A DNA stretch of 64,000 nucleotides from Patescibacteria group bacterium (GTDB lineage: Bacteria; Patescibacteriota; Microgenomatia; UBA1400; PJMF01), in the NCBI GenBank assembly GCA_016861085.1, contig BOKR01000001.1, positions 131,271-195,270 on the forward strand. The letters are read 5' to 3'. Of this stretch, positions 44,018-51,934 are shown piece by piece. A program made the translations under genes and the position numbers. The notes under the pieces are model-generated. The model did not search any database and was not told the origin of the DNA. It worked only from the letters and a program-made list of their open reading frames with translations. The number at the start of each line of letters is the position of its first letter. Positions within the stretch are counted from its first letter, which is position 1.

Positions 44018-45910
44018 TCATCCGTTGAGAGGAACACCAACTCTTAAGGCTGGGATATAGTGTTGGCCTGATACGTCAACCTGAACTCCATCTATTTCAA
44101 CGACTGTTCCTTCTGGAAATACCGGCAGATATTGTGGATCACCTGTTTCCCAAAATAATCTAGCATTTTCTTCTGACCAAGAACGAGTCATTCCACTTCC
44201 ATAAGTAGCGAGGTCTGATGAACCGTTTGGTTCGTCAACATTAGTTTGAGCCATTTGGTTTTCACCTATCACCATATCAACCTCTAATATTTCACCTGGA
44301 GAACCGAATTCATAGTCACTACTGTAACCGGCCACATCACGGAGGTAATCCTCATATCTATCAACCACATTTTGTGGTGGAACTGCAGCCGGATCGGGAA
44401 TCGGTATGTTTAGAGATCTTGTTCCGAAAAATGGATAATAGGTGTCACCAACTTTACATAGTCCACCATCCAATGCCCATATTGATTGATCATTACCTTG
44501 TTGATTACCATTTGCATCAAGATAATGTACACTCGACAAGGCTTTGACTATGCAATTACCCAAATCTATATTACCAAGGGCTAAATTTTCTTGCATGACT
44601 AAGATTTTGGCCATATATCCAGCGTCAGCATCAGGGTTTTGTGGCCAAACATTATCTAATGTCTCAAGCTGTTCTATTGTAAACGGATTCTCTGGAGTTT
44701 CTTCAACTGGCGGCACTTCAGTTTCCTCTTCCTCTGGTGGAGGCGTTTCTTCATCATCTGGGGTTGGAGCAGCTTCTGCTTCTGGGGTTTGTGTTACTTC
44801 AGCTGTTATTTTGTCAACTGAGATAACGATAGCACCACTTTCGCTTTTAACTGTAGCAGCTTCTGGAGTTTGTTCGATTGTGCCGCCAACTACTTCAATA
44901 AAGCTAGCTGTAGCACCTGAATCTGTTGAAATGACCAGTTGTATACTATTTCTATCAACAGCAATACGGTACATGACTCTTTTGCTACCATTTTCAGCAA
45001 GTGGATTGAATTCATTAACTGCTTCTGGGGTCAGGGTTATCTCAGCCGCAGCTGCAGCTGCCTCAATTGTGTCATCTGGGATTCTAGTTCCAACAGCAAC
45101 AGGACTTTCCTCTACTGGAGGCTGGGTTTCTTCGACTGGTTGCTCCTCTTGACCATTTGATTGTCCGTCAGATTCAGGAGTTACTGCGGGTGGGGCTGGG
45201 CTTGGAAGAATTGGTTCATTTGTAGGAACCGCTTCTGCTTCATCCTCTTCGCCTTCATTAACAACTTCACCAGAAGTTTGTCCTTGGTCTGGAGTTCCGA
45301 CAGTGTTTGTACAAGCTACTTGACTAAAGATTGGTAAGAGACCAAGAAACAATACAAATATGAATCTGGCTGTGACTTTAAATTGCACAGGGTTCAGCTC
45401 TCTTGCCTCATAAACTAATCTAAGAGCATTTGATATATCCTCTTGGATAAGTTTCCCACTCTCTTTAAGTCCTTCAATGGTAGTCAAGCTTTTTAAATAG
45501 GTTAACAATTGCTCAAACATGACTGCTTTGTCATATGCAGCCTCAGCCTCGGCAACCATTTTTTTAAATTTAGTGTGAGTTTTTTCGTCAGCAGGGCCTC
45601 TATGGCTTTCTAAGAATGCATACACTTCGTCTCTTTTTCTGTTGTATGAATTTTGCATCGCAGCGAGTAAACCACGATGCTCGTGATCTGGACCCCATTC
45701 TGCACTTCCTATAGTGACAAAGGGTTTAAAAAGGTAGGGTCTACTAAGTGGATTCTGGCGTTTTTCTTTTTTAGGAAGGCCCTTAAAATAAGCTAAAGTT
45801 CTAGCTTCTCTCTCTTTTCTTCTTATTCGTACCCAATCTTTTTTTGGTTCTCCTGGCAGCATTTGAGAAGCTGACCATTTTTCTGAACCATTCCCGTACA
45901 TGTTTGACAT
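44018..45910 (-). CDS. large membrane protein with cytoplasmic N-domain, Pro/Glu-rich extracellular linker and shared C-terminal domain
   Basis: 630 aa. The domain order is a cytoplasmic N-terminal domain of about 185 aa, one transmembrane helix (FIFVLFLGLLPIF), acidic P/E/T-rich low-complexity regions, and a C-terminal domain (GENQMAQTNVDEPNGSSDLATYGSGMTRSW...TGDPQYLPVFPEG...IPALRV) homologous to 43232..43969. Confidence 0.5.
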   Translation of the reverse strand: MSNMYGNGSEKWSASQMLPGEPKKDWVRIRRKEREARTLAYFKGLPKKEKRQNPLSRPYLFKPFVTIGSAEWGPDHEHRGLLAAMQNSYNRKRDEVYAFLESHRGPADEKTHTKFKKMVAEAEAAYDKAVMFEQLLTYLKSLTTIEGLKESGKLIQEDISNALRLVYEARELNPVQFKVTARFIFVLFLGLLPIFSQVACTNTVGTPDQGQTSGEVVNEGEEDEAEAVPTNEPILPSPAPPAVTPESDGQSNGQEEQPVEETQPPVEESPVAVGTRIPDDTIEAAAAAAEITLTPEAVNEFNPLAENGSKRVMYRIAVDRNSIQLVISTDSGATASFIEVVGGTIEQTPEAATVKSESGAIVISVDKITAEVTQTPEAEAAPTPDDEETPPPEEEETEVPPVEETPENPFTIEQLETLDNVWPQNPDADAGYMAKILVMQENLALGNIDLGNCIVKALSSVHYLDANGNQQGNDQSIWALDGGLCKVGDTYYPFFGTRSLNIPIPDPAAVPPQNVVDRYEDYLRDVAGYSSDYEFGSPGEILEVDMVIGENQMAQTNVDEPNGSSDLATYGSGMTRSWSEENARLFWETGDPQYLPVFPEGTVVEIDGVQVDVSGQHYIPALRVGVPLNG

Positions 45911-46146
45911 TTTTCCCTACTTTCACATCCCATATTTTGGGTGTATAATGTTTTTTTTCTATCGTTGCAACAGTCTTTTTATCCTGCAGCAAACTTTTTG
46001 TTAAATTCTTAGTATTCTACAATAGTGTCTTATAATAATTCAATGTGTAACTGATATGTATTACTATAACACATTGCAATAACTAATAAAAAAATATCCA
46101 TTTACCAACTTAATTTAAGCACAATTGACTCAAAAAGTCTAGATAG

Positions 46147-47121
46147 CTACAAGTCAACCCCTAAAATCTTTCTTCCATTTATCGTTGCAATTTTTACCAA
46201 GTCATCTATTTCGTAGAAATGGCAGCTTTCTAGCAGAAATCTTAGCTCAGTCCACACATCTCCATCAGTAAAAGGTTTGTACACATCGGCGATATTGTCG
46301 GTACCAATACCCACCACAATTCCAGCCTCAATCAGTTCTTCAACGGGGGCAATCGAGTTATGAGTCACGGAACGTTCCTCAGATCGCCGGGAGTCGATCC
46401 AAGCAGTAGGGCAAGAAATGAGCATAATTCCAACTTGCTTCATTTTTTTGTAAATCTTTTGCCGATATTTTTCTGGATGCGCTGCCAAAGAAACTCCATG
46501 TACTGCCACTACTTTTCCTTGCAAACCGTATTCTTTTGCTTTGCGAATAAGGCTTTCGGTTTCTTTTTCAAGTTTAGTATTGAGTTGATCTACATGGATA
46601 TGGAGCAATTTCCCCAATCGTTTGGCTGCTGTAAATAGCACGTCTAAATGTTCTTCTTCTTTGCCAGCATCTTTGGCCGGAAGCCCGCCGATAATGTCAA
46701 CAAACCCTAGCGCTTCATCAAACCAAGCTCGTGCTCTTGGTTCCAAAACCCCTTTCAAAGCTTGATTGGTGAAGACCAGTGTAATGTCGCGCTTGTAGGT
46801 TTCTTTTATTTTGGCAGCAGCTTTAAGTGCTTTGTCTTTGACAATATCATCAACGTCAATAAAACTGCCTAAAACCGTAACTCCTTGCTTGACTTGTTCT
46901 TCTACTGCAAAAGCCATACGATCGTATATTTGAGAAATACTTGATTTTTCTTTGATTTCATCAACAATGGTCCACTTTTCGTGTAGATGTTTGTTAGCTA
47001 AATGCAACAGTTTTGGCGTGATTGTATAAGCCCGGTCGAGGTGGGTGTGTGTATTCACCCACCCTCCGTTTTGCGTAATTTTCTTGATGAGTTTGTCGCG
47101 TAAATTCCAGTGATTGTGCAT
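46147..47121 (-). CDS. metal-dependent amidohydrolase (cytosine-deaminase-like superfamily)
   Basis: 324 aa with metal ligands HTHLD (N-terminal), HIHVDQ and GTDN..D, typical of the amidohydrolase superfamily. It overlaps argG by 1 nt. Confidence 0.6.
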   Translation of the reverse strand: MHNHWNLRDKLIKKITQNGGWVNTHTHLDRAYTITPKLLHLANKHLHEKWTIVDEIKEKSSISQIYDRMAFAVEEQVKQGVTVLGSFIDVDDIVKDKALKAAAKIKETYKRDITLVFTNQALKGVLEPRARAWFDEALGFVDIIGGLPAKDAGKEEEHLDVLFTAAKRLGKLLHIHVDQLNTKLEKETESLIRKAKEYGLQGKVVAVHGVSLAAHPEKYRQKIYKKMKQVGIMLISCPTAWIDSRRSEERSVTHNSIAPVEELIEAGIVVGIGTDNIADVYKPFTDGDVWTELRFLLESCHFYEIDDLVKIATINGRKILGVDL

Positions 47122-48740
47122 TATTTTCCTTTCTTCAGTTTTGCAACTAACTCACCCAGAATTTTTGGATCATTGATGATCGGAACCTCCGTGCGTACCG
47201 CCCACTTTTTCACGATTTTCTCATCAAGAATTGCTTCTTTGGGATTATTTTTGTATGGTACGTGGATTACCAAATCAAACATGTCTTGCCGCAGTACATC
47301 TTCTATGTTTGGATTGGTATCTTCATGCATTTTGTGGACAAATACAGAATCAATTCCATGTTTTTGGTAGTATTGGTGGGTATTTTCTGTTGCGTAAAAC
47401 TGATAGCCAAGTTTCTGAAGCTCTTTCACTGCTGGTAAAAACTTTCTTTTGTTGGAATCACCACCAATAGTGAGCAGCACAAATCGCTCTTTTTTCTGAG
47501 CCAAGCGCATCTGCATGGTGTAGATTTCAATGAACCCTGGAGACGCGTTTTGGTTATAGGCATTGTTGCGCATGAAAGTGGCCAGTTTTTCATCAAAAAT
47601 AGTGTTGGCTGTTTTAACTGCAACTACTTCTGCAACACCCTTGAATAATTTGACTGTAACGGTTCCAGTAACTTTTTCGTTAATTTTGTCGATTAACGCG
47701 TTTAGGTCATCCATGAGTGGCTCGTACCACAGTGCCCCGTAACACAGGTACGCCCATTTGTTATCAACTTCTGCTTTGAATTCATTTTCGACACGGGTGC
47801 AGACATATTTCTCTAAATTGAAGTGCGCATTGATGATAATTTCAGCAGCGGGTGCCTCATACAGGCCGCGAACTTTAAGGCCAACCAGCCGATCTTCAAT
47901 ATGATGAGTGACCCCTACTCCATGTTTGGCTCCAAGGGTGTTTAATTTCTGAATGATTTCGGTCAAGTTATGCCGTTTTCCGTCAAGTTTTACCGGAATA
48001 CCTTTGATGAAATCGAGTTTAATGTATTCAGGTTTGTTCGGCGTTTTTTCAATTAATTGGCAGACTTGTAGGATTTTATCAAGCGGCGGGATTAACTCTG
48101 GATTTTCAATTTCCCCGCTCTCCCCTGTCACACCCCACATGTTGTCATCATAAGAATATGGTTTATCTGAAGTCTGTTTTACGGGAATACCATGTTTTTG
48201 GGCGTATTTGAGTTCTTCATCACGGCCCATGCTCCACTCACGAACAGGTGCGATGATTTTCATTTCTGGGGCGAGCGTTAGCACTGTGCCTTCAATGCGA
48301 ACTTGGTCGTTGCCTTTACCGGTGCAGCCGTGAGCGATGGTGTCACATTCCTCTTCTCTTGCTACTTGGACAGCTAATTTTGCCAGTAGCGGTCGGCCCA
48401 GTGGGGTGCTCATATGGTATTTGCCCTGATAACTAGCATTAGCCTTAATCCCTTTGGCGATATAGTGATAAGCAAACTCATTTTTAGCATCAATCACGAT
48501 GGCTTTAATTGCGCCAAACTTAAGAGCTTTTTTGCGAATTGCCTGCAGGTCGTCTGCTTGTTGGCCTATATCTATAGTAAGAGCAACGACCTGGGCGTTA
48601 TATTCTTCTTGTATCCACTTGAGCATGACTGATGTGTCAAGCCCGCCGGAATACAAAAGAACAACTTTTTTGACTTCGCCCTTTCGGCCTTCGTAATTTG
48701 ATACTTTGGTATAGGTTGGTGCTTGCATACTTGACTGCAT
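47121..48740 (-). CDS. argG: argininosuccinate synthase fused to C-terminal MGS-like domain
   Basis: 539 aa. The N-terminal 400 aa are canonical ArgG (VVLLYSGGLDTSV PP-loop, synthetase core). The C-terminal 130 aa (VLLTIGGDSNKRKFLPAVKELQKLGYQFYATENTHQY...) resemble a methylglyoxal-synthase-like allosteric domain. Confidence 0.85.
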   Translation of the reverse strand: MQSSMQAPTYTKVSNYEGRKGEVKKVVLLYSGGLDTSVMLKWIQEEYNAQVVALTIDIGQQADDLQAIRKKALKFGAIKAIVIDAKNEFAYHYIAKGIKANASYQGKYHMSTPLGRPLLAKLAVQVAREEECDTIAHGCTGKGNDQVRIEGTVLTLAPEMKIIAPVREWSMGRDEELKYAQKHGIPVKQTSDKPYSYDDNMWGVTGESGEIENPELIPPLDKILQVCQLIEKTPNKPEYIKLDFIKGIPVKLDGKRHNLTEIIQKLNTLGAKHGVGVTHHIEDRLVGLKVRGLYEAPAAEIIINAHFNLEKYVCTRVENEFKAEVDNKWAYLCYGALWYEPLMDDLNALIDKINEKVTGTVTVKLFKGVAEVVAVKTANTIFDEKLATFMRNNAYNQNASPGFIEIYTMQMRLAQKKERFVLLTIGGDSNKRKFLPAVKELQKLGYQFYATENTHQYYQKHGIDSVFVHKMHEDTNPNIEDVLRQDMFDLVIHVPYKNNPKEAILDEKIVKKWAVRTEVPIINDPKILGELVAKLKKGK

Positions 48741-48836
48741 AGACCTTCCTCCTTTCTTGTGTTACTAAATACTGGGGACTGTTTTGAGAGGCATATTTCG
48801 TATCTGCGACTTTTTTTTTGAAAAAGATCGGGTCCG

Positions 48837-48864
48837 AAAAAAAAACAAGGTCTTGTGGACCTTG
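48837..48864 (-). terminator. rho-independent terminator (minus strand) downstream of the comB-like operon
   Basis: The minus strand reads CAAGGTCCACAAGACCTTG followed by TTTTTTTTT. Confidence 0.55.
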
Positions 48865-49098
48865 TTTGTGTGAGTTGCGTTGGTTGTTAATTTTAATCAA
48901 CCGCTTTGCAAACGTACTGCGAAGCGAGATCTTCGTTGGAATTTGAATGTCGCGCAGGTAAAAATGGCGCAAAAAATGAGCAAGTGGCAAAAAAAATCTA
49001 GTGTTGGGCACTAGAGTTTCATACTAGCTTTTTTTATTTTGAAACACAAGTAGCAAAATTAAGAAAAAGTCCCGTGCATAGGGTAATACTTTTTCATA

Positions 49099-49266
49099 CT
49101 ATTTTTCTGTTTTACCTCTTCCCGCTCTCTTTTTCTTTCGTTTTTTTTCTTGAACGATTTGCTTTTTTGTATCTGTTTCAATCGGAGGTCCCCCCTCATT
49201 TTCAAAAGTTTCAATCGCGCGTTGATGAAACTCATCGTTGTGCTCTGGTATGTGTTTTTTTATCAT
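49099..49266 (-). CDS. possible small basic protein (55 aa)
   Basis: Manual translation gives MIKKHIPEHNDEFHQRAIETFENEGGPPIETDTKKQIVQEKKRKKKRAGRGKTEK. There is no clear SD, so the coding status is uncertain. It lies between the comB-like gene and the terminator. Confidence 0.2.
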   Translation of the reverse strand: MIKKHIPEHNDEFHQRAIETFENEGGPPIETDTKKQIVQEKKRKKKRAGRGKTEK

Positions 49267-49351
49267 AGGGATTATTTTTTTACCTATGTATCATTCTAAA
49301 CATCAAAATATTTTTGTAAAGGGAAACGTGACTTACAGCTTTTTGGGTTGT

Positions 49352-50032
49352 TTACTCTGCCTTTATTAAATACACATGATCTTTGTCATGTTGTGCTTCA
49401 ATTACAAAATCAAATCTATCTACATCAAATGCCAAATCAAAATCAGTTTTAGAAGTTTCAGTAAAAGGATTTCTCAGAAAACCATCCGAACATTTATGTT
49501 GGATAATATGTTGTTTTACTCGTTCAAAATTTGGATTTTTACCTAATACTAAATCAGAAATATATTCTGCTAGTTTATAGTCTTCATTATCAGTCCAACG
49601 GTTATCAGTACAGATAAAAGTGACTTCAGCAAAGTTATTTCTTTTTATATAGCGTGCAATTGCTAGCGCGTTAACAAATGATCCTGTGATAATTTTATCA
49701 GTACTTACTAACTTATCGACTGCCTGAGTTCCCGCGCTTGTTGTGAGAACAACGGTTTTATTTTCTAAATTTACTTTTTCTAGTTCTGTTGGTGAATTAC
49801 CGTAATCAGAACCAAGAATTTTCAGACCGTTTCTTTCTCCTACTAATACCCAATCCTTATTTTTTTCTTTCAGTTTCAAGGCAAGGTCTAAATCCGAAAC
49901 AGGATAAATACAAGTAGCACCATTGTTTAGAATAAAACAAGACGTTGTGAAAGCTCTCAGAACATCTATTACAACTGCTAGTCCAGTTATTTTTGATAAA
50001 TTGTCAGTTAGATTGGCAGTATGAAGTTTCAT
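49352..50032 (-). CDS. 2-phosphosulfolactate phosphatase (ComB) family protein
   Basis: 226 aa. VVIDVLRAFTTSCFILNNGA and overall length fit the ComB family. Confidence 0.65.
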   Translation of the reverse strand: MKLHTANLTDNLSKITGLAVVIDVLRAFTTSCFILNNGATCIYPVSDLDLALKLKEKNKDWVLVGERNGLKILGSDYGNSPTELEKVNLENKTVVLTTSAGTQAVDKLVSTDKIITGSFVNALAIARYIKRNNFAEVTFICTDNRWTDNEDYKLAEYISDLVLGKNPNFERVKQHIIQHKCSDGFLRNPFTETSKTDFDLAFDVDRFDFVIEAQHDKDHVYLIKAE

Positions 50033-50049
50033 ACAGGGCTAGTATACCA

Positions 50050-51762
50050 CTAGCTTTTTTCTGCTAACTCTATCACCAACGCTGCCATGGCCTTTGCTCC
50101 CCACTCAAGATCTAATGGCGTTGAATATTCATCGGGGGTGTGAGCAATACCGCCATTTCTACTTGGACACTGAATCATCACCGTTTTAATTCCGGCTCTT
50201 CGAACATTTTGAATATCGTGTCCCGCCGGACTAAAGGTTTTAATAAATGGAAGGCCAAGTTTTTGTACTACTTGCTGTGTTTGGGTAACCAGCTGTCTAT
50301 CCATAACTTCCGGCAAACCGCTACCCGGTAAGGGATCTGAAAACTTCAAGTCAGCAGTTGCAAGAATTTCTTGTTTAATTTTAGCGATCATTCGTCTTCT
50401 TGAGGTTTCATTGATACCGCGCAAATCTATTCCTACGGTGATTACTCCATTTGCTGTGGCGTATGTTGTGACAGTTCCAACGCACTTGCTACGAGTACAC
50501 AAATTTGCAATTCTATTTACATCTTTGATTGCTTGCATGGTTTTGAGTTGTCGTTCCTGCATTACTTGCGGATCGTAAAAAGTTCCCTGTTTTTGTTGTT
50601 CAGTTGTAACTGCAATTATTGATTTGTTTCTGTATTGTTTAGCTAGTTTGGTCTGTTGTCTTGCAAGCAATTCTAAAAGTTGTTTTTCTACTTGTGCAGA
50701 ATCATTCCCAGTAATACAAACAGGAATTGTCACTTTTCCAGGTATCTTATTCATTGCTTGACCTTCGATGTTGAGATTACCAATCACGATTGGAGGTTTG
50801 GTACCAAGCTGCTGGGCAAGTTGTGTATTCAGGGAGTGGATTTCTGTAATTAGCTCGGCGGAAAGTACTAATCCATCGGTTCTATATCTACTGCCCATTG
50901 GAGTTGCGCCTGAATGTCCTGTTTTGCCATTAACAGTAAGGGTGAGAAATCTATCGGTTGACTTGTGTTTATGAGTTTCAACGGGTTTTCTGCCAATTTC
51001 TAATTTATATCGTTCTGGAGCGGCAATGGCTTCGATAACTGAAAGTTTGTCAGGAAATCTATCGTCTTGGGCAACATGAAATTCAATAATTGCTTCAAAA
51101 TCTTTTCTAGAAAATCTTGGTTTCTTAACTTGGTTGGGATCAAAGCCTATTTCTTCGATTGCATTTTCAATGGTAATACCTTGAGAATCATGCATTTTTA
51201 ATTCAGCCTCTGAAAGACCATGAAACATACCCTTGCTTCCAAAAAGTGCGATGTTAAACCGAGCAGATTCTTCGCCAGTGAGTGCGATAATTTTGATTGA
51301 TCGTCTTGGTTTGATTCTGTGTTTTTTGAGCGTTTGAACAATATGGATTGCGGATAAAATTCCGACTGTACCGTCATACATACCGGCAGTTGGGACACTA
51401 TCATAATGCGAGAGCATGCCGATGGCCGGAAGTTTTGAGTTTTCACCTTCATATGTGGCGATAAGTCCCAGAGGGTGTTCTTCTATGGTCATTCCAGCTT
51501 TTAAAAACATACGCCGAAGTACTGTTCTTGCATGCAGGTCTTCTTCAGTCAGGGCAAGGGTATTTACTGCATATCGTGTGGGGAGTTCTTTTGTAGGTAG
51601 GAGTGGTTCACCATCCATTTCGGCGAGGGTAATGATGAGTTTTTCAATCTCAGTGCCGGAAAGTTCTTGGAGAATTCTATCGATTTCTGGAACTGACAGT
51701 TCTTGGGTTGCTTGTGGAAGCCGTTTGTGTTCATCCTCAGCGGGAGGTATTAGGGTCTTCAT
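50050..51762 (-). CDS. M20-family Zn-dependent amidase (hydantoinase/carbamoylase-type) with N-terminal extension
   Basis: 570 aa. LSHYDSVPTAGMYDGTVGILSAIHIV and GEESARF match the allantoate amidohydrolase / N-carbamoyl-amino-acid hydrolase family. Confidence 0.65.
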   Translation of the reverse strand: MKTLIPPAEDEHKRLPQATQELSVPEIDRILQELSGTEIEKLIITLAEMDGEPLLPTKELPTRYAVNTLALTEEDLHARTVLRRMFLKAGMTIEEHPLGLIATYEGENSKLPAIGMLSHYDSVPTAGMYDGTVGILSAIHIVQTLKKHRIKPRRSIKIIALTGEESARFNIALFGSKGMFHGLSEAELKMHDSQGITIENAIEEIGFDPNQVKKPRFSRKDFEAIIEFHVAQDDRFPDKLSVIEAIAAPERYKLEIGRKPVETHKHKSTDRFLTLTVNGKTGHSGATPMGSRYRTDGLVLSAELITEIHSLNTQLAQQLGTKPPIVIGNLNIEGQAMNKIPGKVTIPVCITGNDSAQVEKQLLELLARQQTKLAKQYRNKSIIAVTTEQQKQGTFYDPQVMQERQLKTMQAIKDVNRIANLCTRSKCVGTVTTYATANGVITVGIDLRGINETSRRRMIAKIKQEILATADLKFSDPLPGSGLPEVMDRQLVTQTQQVVQKLGLPFIKTFSPAGHDIQNVRRAGIKTVMIQCPSRNGGIAHTPDEYSTPLDLEWGAKAMAALVIELAEKS

Positions 51763-51837
51763 AAAGAGATTATAGCAGGATTGTCAATGTTTGATTGAGT
51801 TAGTTGTGTTTATTAGTGCATATACAGTGACATACAG

Positions 51838-51872
51838 CAATTAGCAGTCTAATAAACAGACTGCTAATTACA
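51838..51872. repeat. palindromic element, copy A (CAATTAGCAGTCT aataaac AGACTGCTAATT)
   Basis: A perfect inverted repeat with 12-nt arms, lying between the DUF3604-like and M20 amidase genes. Confidence 0.65.
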
Positions 51873-51934
51873 TTCCTAAAAAATAATAATTGATACACCA
51901 ATATTTATTATGATATGTTTTGATATGATTATCA

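Noticed and set aside
49074-49268. Plus-strand 64-aa ORF (MHRVILFHTIFLFYLF...)
   Set aside because: It is a Phe/Leu-rich translation of a T-rich stretch. The opposite-strand 55-codon ORF is more plausible, though itself uncertain.
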